From Camelus dromedarius (taxonomy: Eukaryota), in the NCBI RefSeq assembly GCF_036321535.1, contig NC_087436.1, positions 24,430,001 to 24,494,000 on the forward strand: 64,000 nucleotides of DNA, written 5' to 3'. A model generated the notes under the pieces. That model saw only the letters and a list, made by a program, of their open reading frames with translations, was not told the origin of the DNA and did no database searches. Shown here piece after piece: positions 1 through 11,700 of this stretch (within the stretch, counting starts at the first letter, position 1; each line of letters opens with the position of its first letter). The position numbers and the translations under genes were made by a program.

Positions 1-385
1 ACAAAGAAATGAACTACAGATGCATGCAACGGCTTGTATAAATCTTAGGATTTTGCTACTTTAAAGAACTCAGATACGAAAGAGCACAACCTGCTGAATT
101 CATATATATGAAATTTTAGAAAAGGTATACTTATAGGAATAAAGAGATTGGTGGTTGCTCATGTAGGTGGATGGTGGGGGAGTAGGTAGTGATATGATGG
201 TGGCTGTGAGAATTTGACTGGTTTAGGGGGTACAAGGGAGCATCCTGGGGTGATAGGAGTATTCTGTTTCTTGATTGTGGTGCTAGTTACAAGGATGTCT
301 ACATTTGTGGAAATCCATAGAACTGTATACTTAAAATGGATACATTTCATTTATATAAATATACCTAGGTAAAGTTGATTAAAAA
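1..385 (+). mobile_element. Old L1 (L1M-type) 3' end remnant
   Basis: Resembles L1 3' UTR (aaagaaatgaactacagatgcatgcaac...actgtatacttaaaatggatacattt). Confidence 0.7.
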
Positions 386-1060
386 TAAGTAAGATTTATC
401 TGTTGAGATAGATTATCCAACAAGTTTTCTATTATGCAAATGGTATTTCTTTTTAAATTACTCCTATATACTTTAAGGGTTTGTTTGGGTGTTTTTGTTT
501 TTTTTTTGTCATTGTTCATTTGTTATTTTAAAATGAAAAAAATGCATAAATATTCAGTCCATTTCTGATGAATATATTTTCCTTCTTTTCATTATGAACA
601 TCTTGGTTAGGGAACTTGTCTTAAAACTGTGCTTAGCAAGCACACTGTTTTTATTTTAGTGACATATTTATTTGAAACAGCTTCTGGGGGTAAACAGTTG
701 GGGGGCGATTAGTCCTCCAGTGCCTACCACACTCTGTTTCATTTTTGGTAAGGCTTTGAAGGTGACCTTACTCTATCACAAAAGAAAAAATGAGAAACAA
801 AAGTCTATATTTTTAATGTATTCCTGAATTTCATGTCTTTCAGTGTATTTCTAACATAGAGTGATAAAAGGATTACAGTATCACTGCCTTCAGCCATTTT
901 ATGGTATATTTGTCTTTGGAAACTTGGTATCTGGAGAGCAGTGACTTGAGTGCATTATAAAAGTATTTCATAGGTGAACACTGCCGTATTGCGTTTGTCT
1001 TGCCTCTTTAAGCATTGCTCTCCTTGAAAGGAAGTTTCTGAGTACTACAAGTGCTTATGG

Positions 1061-1243
1061 TAGGATTGCCAGATAAAATATAGGCTGTCCAGTTAAATTT
1101 GAATTTCAGATAAACAACAAATAACTTTCTAAGTATGTCCCAAATATTGCATGGGCATTCTTATACTTATTATTTATTATTTATCTGAAATTTAAATTTA
1201 ACTGGGTATCTTGTGTTTTTATTTGCTAAGTGTGACAACCTTC
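1061..1243. mobile_element. MER53-like palindromic hAT MITE
   Basis: Termini TAGGATTGCC.../...GACAACCTTC, internal palindrome ccagttaaatttgaatttcagataaa / tttatctgaaatttaaatttaactgg; 8-bp TSD gcttatgg/tcttatgg. Confidence 0.88.
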
Positions 1244-2049
1244 TCTTATGGAGAACTAGGTAGGTTGTACCAAGACCTGCTGAATCTAGATTTCATGCAT
1301 TTTAATTATTGCATATTTTGAAGACTTGAGCAAGAGTATGGTGATCCTGAATAAAATGACCTAGAAGTTGTGTAAGTTTTTACTATATTATTATAAAACA
1401 AAGACTCCTAATTCTTTTATTTTCCACCCTTTCTCCAGTGAAAATAGCTAACTCCTCTGTACAGCACAAAGCAGTAATTATCTGCCTATCTGTATGCAGT
1501 AGCCTCTGGTCCCTATCATTTGACAGGAAAAAAACTCATGAAGTTACTTGCCATCATAGATTAGCAAATGTTGAATTTATGAATATATGTTAATATTAAA
1601 ATTCATTAAGCTTTATCATTCTTTGAACCAAGCTACAAATACTTAAATGCCAATTCAGTTTATATGAAGTGCATGTTGTTGAGGAGGATATAAAAATTGA
1701 CTAAGATGTGGACTCTTGCTCCCAATCATCTTACTGTCTTGTCAAGGAGTTGGCTATGTAAACAGGTAATTATAATACAGGATAATGCACAGTGGTAATT
1801 ATAGTCAAACAACTTGTTCTAGAAGTACTTGGGATGGGAAAATTGACTCAGATTGGGGGATTATAGAAGACTCCTGGAACTTGGCCCTTAGTGAGTGAAA
1901 AAGATTTGTACAAGCAATGGAAGGTAATTTCAGGCTACAAAATGAACACAAGCAAAAGTCAGGGAAGCTTTTACTTTTGAGAAATAGGAGCAAAGCAAAT
2001 AATCAGACAGCTGAGAGATGTAATGTAGGAAAAAAGGCTACAAAAGTGG

Positions 2050-2475
2050 TATATTAGTTTATTGGGGCTGCTGTAATAAAGTACCATAAACTGATGGCTT
2101 AAACAGTAGATGTTTACTGTATCAGTTCTGGAGACTAGAAGTTTGAAATCAAGCTTTGACAGGGTTGGTTCTGAGAGCTGGGGGAGAGAATCTCTTCCAT
2201 GCTTCTCTCCTAGCTTTTGGTAGTTTCAGGTGTTCTTTGGCTTGTGGATGTTGTTCTCCCTGTGTCTTTACAGTATCTTCCCACCGTATGTGTCTTTCTG
2301 TGTCCAGATTTCCCCTTTTTATAAAGACACAGTCATATTGGATTAGGGCTCATCCTAATGATCTCATTTTAACTGGATCATCTGCAAAGGCTCTATTTCC
2401 ATATCAGCTCAGATTCACAGATTTTGGAGGTCAGGATCTCAACATCTTTTGAAGGACACAATTCAACCCTTAACA
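2050..2475 (-). mobile_element. MLT1-family (MaLR) solo LTR
   Basis: tattagtttattggggctgctgtaataaagtaccataaactg...gacacaattcaacccttaaca, typical MLT1 ends. Confidence 0.85.
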
Positions 2476-2849
2476 GCTAGGTTGAGAGTTATATTTCTCA
2501 GAGTGCTAAAAAAAACACTTAAGTATGTTCACCTTTCCTTTTAGACAAAAGGGGACTCGTGAAAGCTTTTTGTACAGAGAAGTAATATAAATAATTCTGA
2601 TTGTAGTGTGAAAAAATGTCCTCCAAAGTTGGGAGCAAGTAGTAGGTTTGAATACTGTGACTGTTACAATATAATGATAGATTTCACTAATTGAGTACTT
2701 CTGTGCTAGACACTGTGCTAAGTACTTTGTGATATTTGATTTTTAAGGGCCTTTGTGAAGTATGAATATTCTTATAACCTCTTTATTGAGTGTGAATAAA
2801 TTGAGGTTTAAGGAAGAACAAAGGGTTGGGGGAACAGGGAGAGATGTTG

Positions 2850-3400
2850 ATAATTTATTCCATTTAGGCACGTTAAGTTTGAAGTATTGGCTGAATATTC
2901 TTGTAGTGATGTTTGGTTGGTAGTTTAAAATTTGGTTCTGGAGTTCAGGACATGAGTCAGAGTGGAAGACAAATATTTAGTAATAATTAGTTTAGAGTTG
3001 TTGTTTGAAACCATAAAAATGGGTGGACATGCCTGGGAAGAGAGTATAGAGTAAAAAGAAAGGAGATGCCGAGCATAGAACCTTAGTAATGTGGCTGTAT
3101 TTAAGTCACTGGGAATAGAAAAAGAGTCAGGAGATGCTTAAAAGCAGAGTGGTAGAAAGGGAACAAAAACGATGAAAGAATTTTTTAAATGAGGTGATGG
3201 TCAGTGTATTAGAGTCTGCACAAAAGGTAAAGGAGGATGAAAACTGAAAGAGAATTTGATCCTTATTGACATTTTGAGAGAATAGTTTCAGTGAGGTGGT
3301 AGACTAGAATATAAGTATATGTAGATAGAGAGTCAAGGAGTTGGATTATCTTTTTGAGAATTGTATACAGGCTTAAGAAGCAAAGATCTAGAGTTCATTT
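2850..3400 (-). mobile_element. L2 remnant
   Basis: Purine-rich degenerate L2-like blocks (gttaagtttgaagt...tctggagttcagga; tttcagtgaggtgg). Confidence 0.55.
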
Positions 3401-4386
3401 GAAAGAAAGAGGAGTTGAATTTTTTTAATAAAAAAGTTTTGCTTTTTTATGGTTAAAGGCAAGGAACCACAGAAATATTAAAATAGGATGAAACCCACCT
3501 AAGATGTATGAGATAGAAGAGTTGGGAGGAGAATCCTTGTTGGTGGGGAGGAGAGTATAGATAAAGGAATTGGCCTTATACAGAATTCTAGTCATCAAGT
3601 ATTTCATAGTTCAGCAAATTAGATTTATTTCCTACTGGTACAGTGGGAGTGGGGAATTCACAATAAAAAATAATCTCAGATTAATGTTATTATTAAATAT
3701 ACTGTTAGATTTTAAAAGAATAAAAAGTTAAAAATTTCTTGGGTTATATATAAAGAAAATATTCATTGCTTGGACCAATACTAGTTCAAAGGTGCTTATA
3801 ATGTTGCTTTCTGAGTTTCTGATGAGTGGAGACCTCATCACTCTTTCTGTATCCCATGCTTCTCATTAACAGCTGTTGTATAGCTAGGCGGTGCTGCCTG
3901 TAGGCTGTAGTTATAAAGCTGATCAAGAAGCATGAAGAGTCCATTGTCAGTACATCCAGTTTGTGGGAAAGATTTTTTTTTTAACATTAAAAAGTTTGAC
4001 TCACATTTTTTGCCTTATACAGAATAGCAAATTCAATGTTAATATTCAACATGTACTTTCTTTTTTAAAATTCACTGTATCTCTGTAATTTATCTTAAAA
4101 TGTTATGCAATGTTTCATACAAAATGAAGAGTATATAAAAAATATATATATATATTTCAATTTAAGAATAGTAAGAGGATGTGTAACCTATCACTCCGGT
4201 TAAAAAATAGAAATTACCAGTATTTGAGAATACTTAAGTGTGCCCCACCTTATATCCCCACCCCTGTCTCCAGAGGTGCCATTATCTTGACTTATGTGTT
4301 CTCATTCCTTTACTTTTCTTTATAGTTTTATTGTTTGTGGATATATTCCTAAACAACACATTGTTTACTTTGAAACAATGAATAGT

Positions 4387-4953
4387 TGTACTAAGCTGAA
4401 TTAGGAAAGGCAGCACTACCATAGTTAGATGAAGGCTTCCAGGAAACAGACTGACTAGCCTGGCATCAGTTTCACTGAGCTTCAAGGGTTTCTACTTGAG
4501 TAATCTGTAAGCAATATAATGAGTTATTTTGGAAACACAGGGCTGTCTTGGTTAGGTATCTGGCAGTGTCCAGTATGGACCTAGTATTGCAGGTTTGTTC
4601 AGCAGGTATCTGGTCACGTGGAAAGAGTGTTGTTCTTTATTTTTGGTTTCTAAGCTCTTTGTGGTCTTCCAACACTTAAGACAGATCAAAGCGGAACACA
4701 TCTGGGAGGTGAAAAGGAGTGTTCTTAGCTGAGCAGGTAGCAAGGCAAGGTGGAGTGAGTAGGTACATTAAGGCAAGCCAAATATGAGTAAATATCTAGA
4801 ATAGGCTTATCTGGGCATTCTGCCTTTAGGAACAATGTCAGTGGTTATCTTGATGATGACAGTTTCTCATGCTGTATCAGGGGTCACATTGCTCCAATTG
4901 AACTAGTTACCCTTTAAATCCAGGGGACATCTGGCATCTTGTAATCTCTTCAC
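4387..4953. mobile_element. Possible solo LTR interrupting an old L1
   Basis: ~570 bp higher-GC block with TG...CA ends between two antisense L1-like segments; family not recognised. Confidence 0.35.
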
Positions 4954-4999
4954 AGTCCATTCCTCCTAAGATTACCATTGTCTCTCTCCCTTGTTGGGT

Positions 5000-6410
5000 A
5001 TCCTAAGTTGTTGTCTTTATTAAAAATATACTTTTTAAAAAAATGGAATACACTCTCCAGTTGCTTCTTGAGAAAAGATACATAGAAGATAAATGTTTTG
5101 AAATCTTTCATGTCTGAGAAAATGTCTTTATTCTTCTTTGATAAGATGATTTGGATGAAGAATTGCAGGTTGGAAATAATTTTCCTTTATAATTTTGAAG
5201 AAATGGCCCCAGTGTCCTCTTCCTTCCAGTATGACTGTTGAGATGACTGAAGTCTGAGTTCTGATTCTTTGTTTGTGACCTGTATTTTCTTTCAAGAATT
5301 GTATAGAATCTTTTTGTGCTCAGTATTGTGACATTTCACCATGGTGTGCCTCAGTGTAGGTCTCATCCTTAATTTGTTTATACTGAACACTTGGTAGGTC
5401 CTTTTAAATGGGCAGCTCATATCCTTTGAGTCTGGAAATTTTTCTGGAATTCCTTCATTTCTTTCCAACCTCCCCCTCAACCCCCCGTTTTCTCTTTCTG
5501 GAACTTCTATTATTTGATATTGGACCTCCTGTACTAGTTTTGAATAGTGTCCTCTTTTCTCTCCTGTATCTTTTTTTCTGGTTCCTGGAAGACTGCTTCA
5601 GTTTTATCCTCCAAGCCACTGTTTCTTCATTTCAGCTATTGTGTTTTTAATTTCTAAGAACTCTTTATTTTTTAACGTTCTTTATTAAATTGTATTCTCT
5701 TCTTGTTTTATAGATATGTCTTCTGTTATCTCTTTGAGGAATATAAATACATATGTGTGTATGCATGTATATGATATGCTTTGTGTCAGCAGCTTTTCCT
5801 TGGATGACAGAATGCCCAGATAATACTCGGTTGTCTGCTCATGATTAAAATTGAAGGACTGAAAAGTTAATTGGAAACTCTTTTTTGGTACAGTACTGAT
5901 ATTAGCAAATGTGCCTGTATACCTCAAAGATGCTCTTGTTTTTCTCTCTCCAGAAAGTAACTCTCCAGTCTTCTGCTGAGGTGGGGAAGGGCCGGTTGCC
6001 TAGCATCATGGAAGAGGGAGGAGGTCTAGGAATAAAAAGTGCTTTTCAAACAACTTTAATGGAATCTTCCTTGTTTTAATCCCCTCCCTCCCCCTTCTTT
6101 CTCCACCACCTGCTGCTCCTCTATTTCCAGAAGTAATTGGTATTGCCTTCTGTGGATTCTCCAGTGTAAAGTGTGTTGTGTCTCATTTATTTTTTTGCTG
6201 CCAGGCTATGATTTGGCTTTCCTGGGTCTGCTAAACCACTTAATAATATTCATCCATCCACTTTCAGTCTTCCAAGATTTTGTTGCTCTTATCTCTTCTC
6301 TTTTGTTGCTCTTATCTCTTCTTATCAGTTTATGTCTAAAGTTTTTTTATTGCATTTTAGTGGGCTTTCATGAGAGTGAAAATATATGCATGTTTTTAAT
6401 TTGCCATCTT
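5000..6410 (-). mobile_element. Old L1ME-type remnant
   Basis: T-rich antisense L1-like sequence (gtctgagaaaatgtctttatt, gcaggttggaaataattttcc); the minus ORF 5292-5480 resembles degenerate ORF1 (RPTLRHTMVK). Confidence 0.65.
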
Positions 6411-6638
6411 AATCCTAAAGCCCTGATTATTTAAAATGTTTAATGTATGTCTCACTTTTTGAGACTTGAAAAGATTATTAAAGTTAGCCCTTTTCATCCC
6501 TTGTTTTAGTTTTTACATTCATATTTATAAAACATGAAACGTGTGGACTCCTTGAGACTATATGAACTCAAGGATTTATAAGTGAATCTAGAATTTGTGA
6601 ATGAAGAGGTTGATTGTTTTTTAAATTTGCTCTTATAG

Positions 6639-6804
6639 GAAAGTGAAAAGGTTTCTGAATATCCAGCAGTGATTGTGGAGCCAGTTCCAAGTGCCAGATT
6701 AGAGCAGGGCTATGCAGCCCAGGTTCTGGTTTATGATGATGAGACTTATATGATGCAAGATGTGGCAGAAGAACAAGAAGTTGAAACCGAGAATGTGGAA
6801 ACAG
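6639..6804 (+). CDS. ELF2: ELF2 internal coding exon of the long (NERF-2 type) isoform; its start-codon exon lies upstream of the window
   Basis: tcttatag acceptor, ACAG|gtagac donor; 166 nt reading ESEKVSEYPAVIVEPVPSARLEQGYAAQVLVYDDETYMMQDVAEEQEVETENVET, recognised as the ELF2 acidic N-terminal region; ends in phase 1, compatible with the exon at 43495. Confidence 0.96.
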
Positions 6805-9245
6805 GTAGACATCTCATAAAATGTTCATTATTTATAACGTTCTCATTTTGTAAGTGTCAACATTACTATTACCAGATGAATAATACACCGAAAAACCTCT
6901 TTAATGCTGTTTAGTAGAGCTTGGAAACCAGTGAAACATCTCTTGTTTAAGAGAATTTACATATACATATAAGAAGTTCTACATTATAATTCTTTGAAGT
7001 AGAATCTCATATCATGGACCTTAAGGACAAAATTATAGGCCAATAATAATGAAACTTTTTGTCATGTTTTTCTGGAAGTGGAAATATTGACTAGTTACTA
7101 CTTGTAAAAGTCAGTAGGCTAGTATACAATTTTTTTCTTTTTAATTCAAGAAATACAGTAATCTCATTCTGTAGTAGATTAAGAGTTTCTTTTGATTAGC
7201 ATCGGGGGAGCAGTATGATTTCTTTTTTCTTAGGTCAAAAGCATCTTTGAAATAGTCTATCAGATTCTCCTTCCCTTTTGTCTTAGAAATTTTGATATTT
7301 CACTATGTCTGTGGTGAGATACCTGTATGTTTAATTGGGGATTAGTATATGTAATTCTTGGAGAAACCTTTTCATTTTTGCCATTGACCATAAAGAAAAT
7401 AGAGGGTTTTTTTTGTTTTTGCTTTTTTACCAGAAGGTGGCAGTTTTATAATAATAAACATTAAAATTTATCTTCATCAGTTAATGGAAAAAATTTTTTA
7501 TGCTTGGTTTATAGTCCTTATAAAAATTCTTCATAATTCAGATACATTTCTACAAATGTAGCAAAGTCTCATGATTAAAAGTGCTGTGAAAAAAAAAAGT
7601 GCTGTGTATTTGATGCCTTTCTGCTTACTGAGGCCCAGTAGCACTCCCTAGGACTGTTAGCTTTTTTGAGCTTAAAGCTGTTCTTTCTCCAGTTTTACTT
7701 TTCATTGAGCTGAGGGATTGGAAGTTACCTTGCTCTTTGGAGCAGTGATGACAACAGTGCCAGCAAACCCCATGTGAAGTGGTCATCAATTCTTTTCATC
7801 AGAACAGCTAGCTTTACACTTCATAAAGGCTTCGTGACTATAGTCTGGAGTGGTACTTGATTCACAGTAGATAATGCAAGTGGCAGGAAGATACATGTGT
7901 TTTTTTGAGTTTGGAGAGTTTTCCAGTCTGAAGCTACAAGTTTAGCGGCGAGATAATTTTCCTCTTGAGGGAACGAATAGGAAGAACACTTAAAAAACTA
8001 TTATGTAGGACGATATTTTGAAGTAGATATTGTAACTGATTTTATTATAGGAGCATAACTAAATAGAAAACCAATAATACAAGAAAAAAGTATGATAACT
8101 TAATACTTGAATGAAAAAAATAGAACCTGATTGAAATTTTTGGAAAATGTTTTGATCAAAAAAAAAAAAGGAAGACTGTGATTTTGGTAGCAAATTGAAA
8201 ACTTTGTAAAAATGAAAACTACAGTGCCAAGTTTGTATCATAGAAATTTAAATTCACCTTAAAATACCAGAACATGTTGGCCGAATCTTATTGGTGGTAC
8301 AGTTTTTGATGGTCAGTGGTTCATTAATCAAGTAAAAATACTTCCAAATAAGAAGTGAATATAACCCACTTAAGGGACTTTATTTTTTTAGTCTTCTTGA
8401 ACTCAGAGGATGATGATATCATTTGCAGGGCAGAGATATGAGTGACTGTAATATTGAAAAATAGCATATACAAAGTCTGGATAAAAGAACTGTTACTTTT
8501 AGGATATCTTAAAAGTGGTTTTTGGATACTTGATAATATTTTTTAGATTTCTTCTTCAACACTGAATGGAAATGTTAGTAAATAACTTACATTATTCTAA
8601 AATACTCTAAAAGCACCTGAGAAATTCATCTTACATTTTATTTTTAATTCCATTCTGGCCCATGAATGTAAAGAAAAAAAGTCTATGCTTGCTTTATTAC
8701 TTCTGAAAATAAAGAATAGTGTAGCTATTCTTATCTCTCTTTATGGAACAACACTGTAAAATGTAGAATTCATATATAACTCTTCTAAAGGCAATGCCAA
8801 ATTCAGACTGAAAACTTCTGGCTGACACATCTGTAATTAGAACAATTTAATAAACTCACATTTATTCATCATAAAGCATGCAAGAACTTGGAGACTATAA
8901 GATACTAATTTATTTTAAAATACTATGGGTCATAGTAACTTAGTAAGGATTGTTAGTCAATATATAAAAATAAGTTTAGAATCAGTTATTCTGAGCTTAA
9001 TTTTGTTTTTACTTAAAGAATAAAATGCATTTTTAAAAGAGTTCAGATCTTAATAAATTTTTATTCTCCTGTTATCTAAAGCCTACATAGATGAATAGAG
9101 GTTATTATGACTTATTATAATGCATGTTTCCTTTTAGGTTAGATTAGGGTCTGGTTCATTTGTTGTGGTGATACAAATTTTAACTTCCATGTATGTGTAG
9201 GTTTGGGAGAATAAGCAGACTGGGAAGTAAAGAAAAGGATTATTT

Positions 9246-9387
9246 ATTTATTTATTTATTTGATGCCTTGTTTCTTTTTTTGTTGTTGTTAGTACATACT
9301 TTTATTTTATTTTATTTTTGATTCATTTTTATTTTTAAACTTTTTTTTATTGAGTTATAGTCATTTTACAATGTTGTGTCAAATTCC
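9246..9387 (-). mobile_element. Extremely 5'-truncated young L1 with long A-rich tail
   Basis: L1 3' terminus (ttattgagttatagtcattttacaatgttgtgtcaaattcc); 16-bp TSD AAGAAAAGGATTATTT/AAGAAAAGGAATATTT. Confidence 0.78.
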
Positions 9388-10344
9388 AAGAAAAGGAATA
9401 TTTTAAAGATGGCTATAGCAGTTTCTATTTGGTGAATTGGTGGCAATGAGATCTGTATAGAATAAGATTTCCTTTTGTATATCTAGGAAACACTTCCTGG
9501 AATGCTCCTACATTATAATTTAAAATTATATTCATCTAAAAAATTTCTTAATTATATTTATTGATCTGTTATATCAGTTCTCCACATGTTTACATTGAAG
9601 TTTTTCTTCTTTTATCCCTATATACCCATACATATATGTCCATAGGCAGGAGTACTGAAATCATACAATGGTGTACATTTAGCTATCTTCATTATTTTGT
9701 GCATAAAATGATTTCTTATTTTGTTAGCAGTAATTATAAGTCATTTTAATTCACCTTTTTATAGACTAAAAGTCTACATTTCTCTCTCAGAGCTCGTATG
9801 TAATAGTAAATCTCTTACATTATATAGGAAAAACAAAATGCATTTGAAACTTTAAAAATAGACATATTCATCTAAACCTATAAATCTATAAATTGCTTTT
9901 TGATGATAACTGAAGTTTAGTAATCATAAAGAGCCTTTGAGGAAAAGTGATGAAGTATGCATGAAGGGTGGTCTTGACTCTGGCAGGCTAGAAATACTAC
10001 CAGTTCTCGAGGCCTCTGGGGAAACTGGTAGGTTGTGGGTGGAGAGGAGTCTCTTGGATTCCCTAAGATATCAAAATTCAATTTTTATGTCCACTCTTTA
10101 AAAAATTATATATATATATATACAGATGCATGTATATATAAAGAATATATAAACTTTAAAAGGTTATTACAGATTATCATGTAAAAAGTAGAGTTTATAC
10201 CAATGCACTCATTAATAAAGTTTTCTTAGAAATCTTTTAAGACTTGGCTGAGAAGATTGAGCTGTTAAGAATCTGCTTCTTCATCTTGCACCTTAACTTA
10301 CTATGTTTATCATTGTAATCTTCCACCTTAATTTATGAGAATAC

Positions 10345-11700
10345 ATCAATAAATATTTTGCATTTGTTGTGTGCAAGGGCACTGTGTTCAACATGTTTTT
10401 TTCTCTCGAGGAGGTAGTAATTTAGTTGTGGAGATAAAATGTATGCATTATGGTCAAAATATAAAGCAGTATAGAATCAATTAAGCACTATTTACAAATT
10501 CAAAGAAGTTTTCAGAAGAGGAAATTTCAATTTACAGGATTAGGGAATGTTTTAGAGAAAGTGGAAAAGGAGGACAAATAGTAGGATTTGGACAGACAGG
10601 CTGTAGGCAAAAGGCATGTAGACTAAGGGAAATAAAATTAACAAATGTGTGGAATGTAGAAATTCAAGACATGTTTAGAAGATAATAAGTAAAACATTAA
10701 CAGGAGGTTCCACTAAGAATTGTGAGTGATTGTGGTTTCAACACAAGGTTTAGTAATTAAGTATGTAAGAAGCAGAAAGATTTGAGAGGTTTTGAGTAGA
10801 AAGTGCTAGGTAATTAGCATCTGAGTAGGTAGAGGGTGAATTGTAGGGGAAAAGATAAGGCAGAAAGACTAGCTGTTACAGTATGAGTTAGGGATGGCTT
10901 GAGAAATATTAAAACAAGGTAGAAGCAATAGGAACAGAAGGGACTTGTATTAGCAATTCTACTATGTAAGATCTAATGAGACGTGACAGATTACGGGGAG
11001 AAGCATAGTTAGGTAAGTACTCAGTTTTCTCATTCTAAGTGATGGCAATGGTATCATATAAGGGTTTAGGAAGACAGGATTGCTTTTGGAAGCAGATAAG
11101 TTTGGTAATAAGCATGTTGAATTGTGAGTTGAAGCAGAGCATCCAAGGGGAAATAATTTAGTTATTTAAAGATGTACAAGTGTATGGTCAGTGTCCCATC
11201 ACAAAAAAGGGGGCATATTAAAGTTACGATAATTTAAGGAATATTTTAATAAATGGCAAGTGTACAGTGATAGGGCAGTATCCTAGAGCTAGCAGTATCA
11301 GAGCTGTTTCTGTCCTTTCGCCCAAGGGCCAAACAGAGGGAAGGGTTACCGGAACCCAGAAGAAGAGAGAGCCCTGGAGAGAGCTCTGGGAGAATCTGGG
11401 ACCTTTGATCAAAGGATATAACTGGTTTGAAGGCAGTGCCACAGAGGGGGAGCCAGGGGAGTCATCCTCCTGGGACAGAGAGTAAAGAAGGGTGAGGATA
11501 GATATGGAGAGAGAAATGAAATATTAGTACAACTGAAGCTTAGTACAGAAAAGTCAAGGAGAGATGGATTTGGGAATCATCCTCATTGAAGCCATGGAAA
11601 TAATGAAAGCTCCAAGGGGAAAGGTATTTGAGAGATTTCCCTAAGGGGGAAGATTTTTAAATTCTGTATTTGTTTCTCTATGATCGAGAACAGAGGGAAC
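10345..11700 (-). mobile_element. Fragmented L2 with an embedded LTR-like fragment (~11190-11480)
   Basis: L2 3'-end-like ggcactgtgttc followed by purine-rich degenerate L2 blocks; boundaries approximate. Confidence 0.5.
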
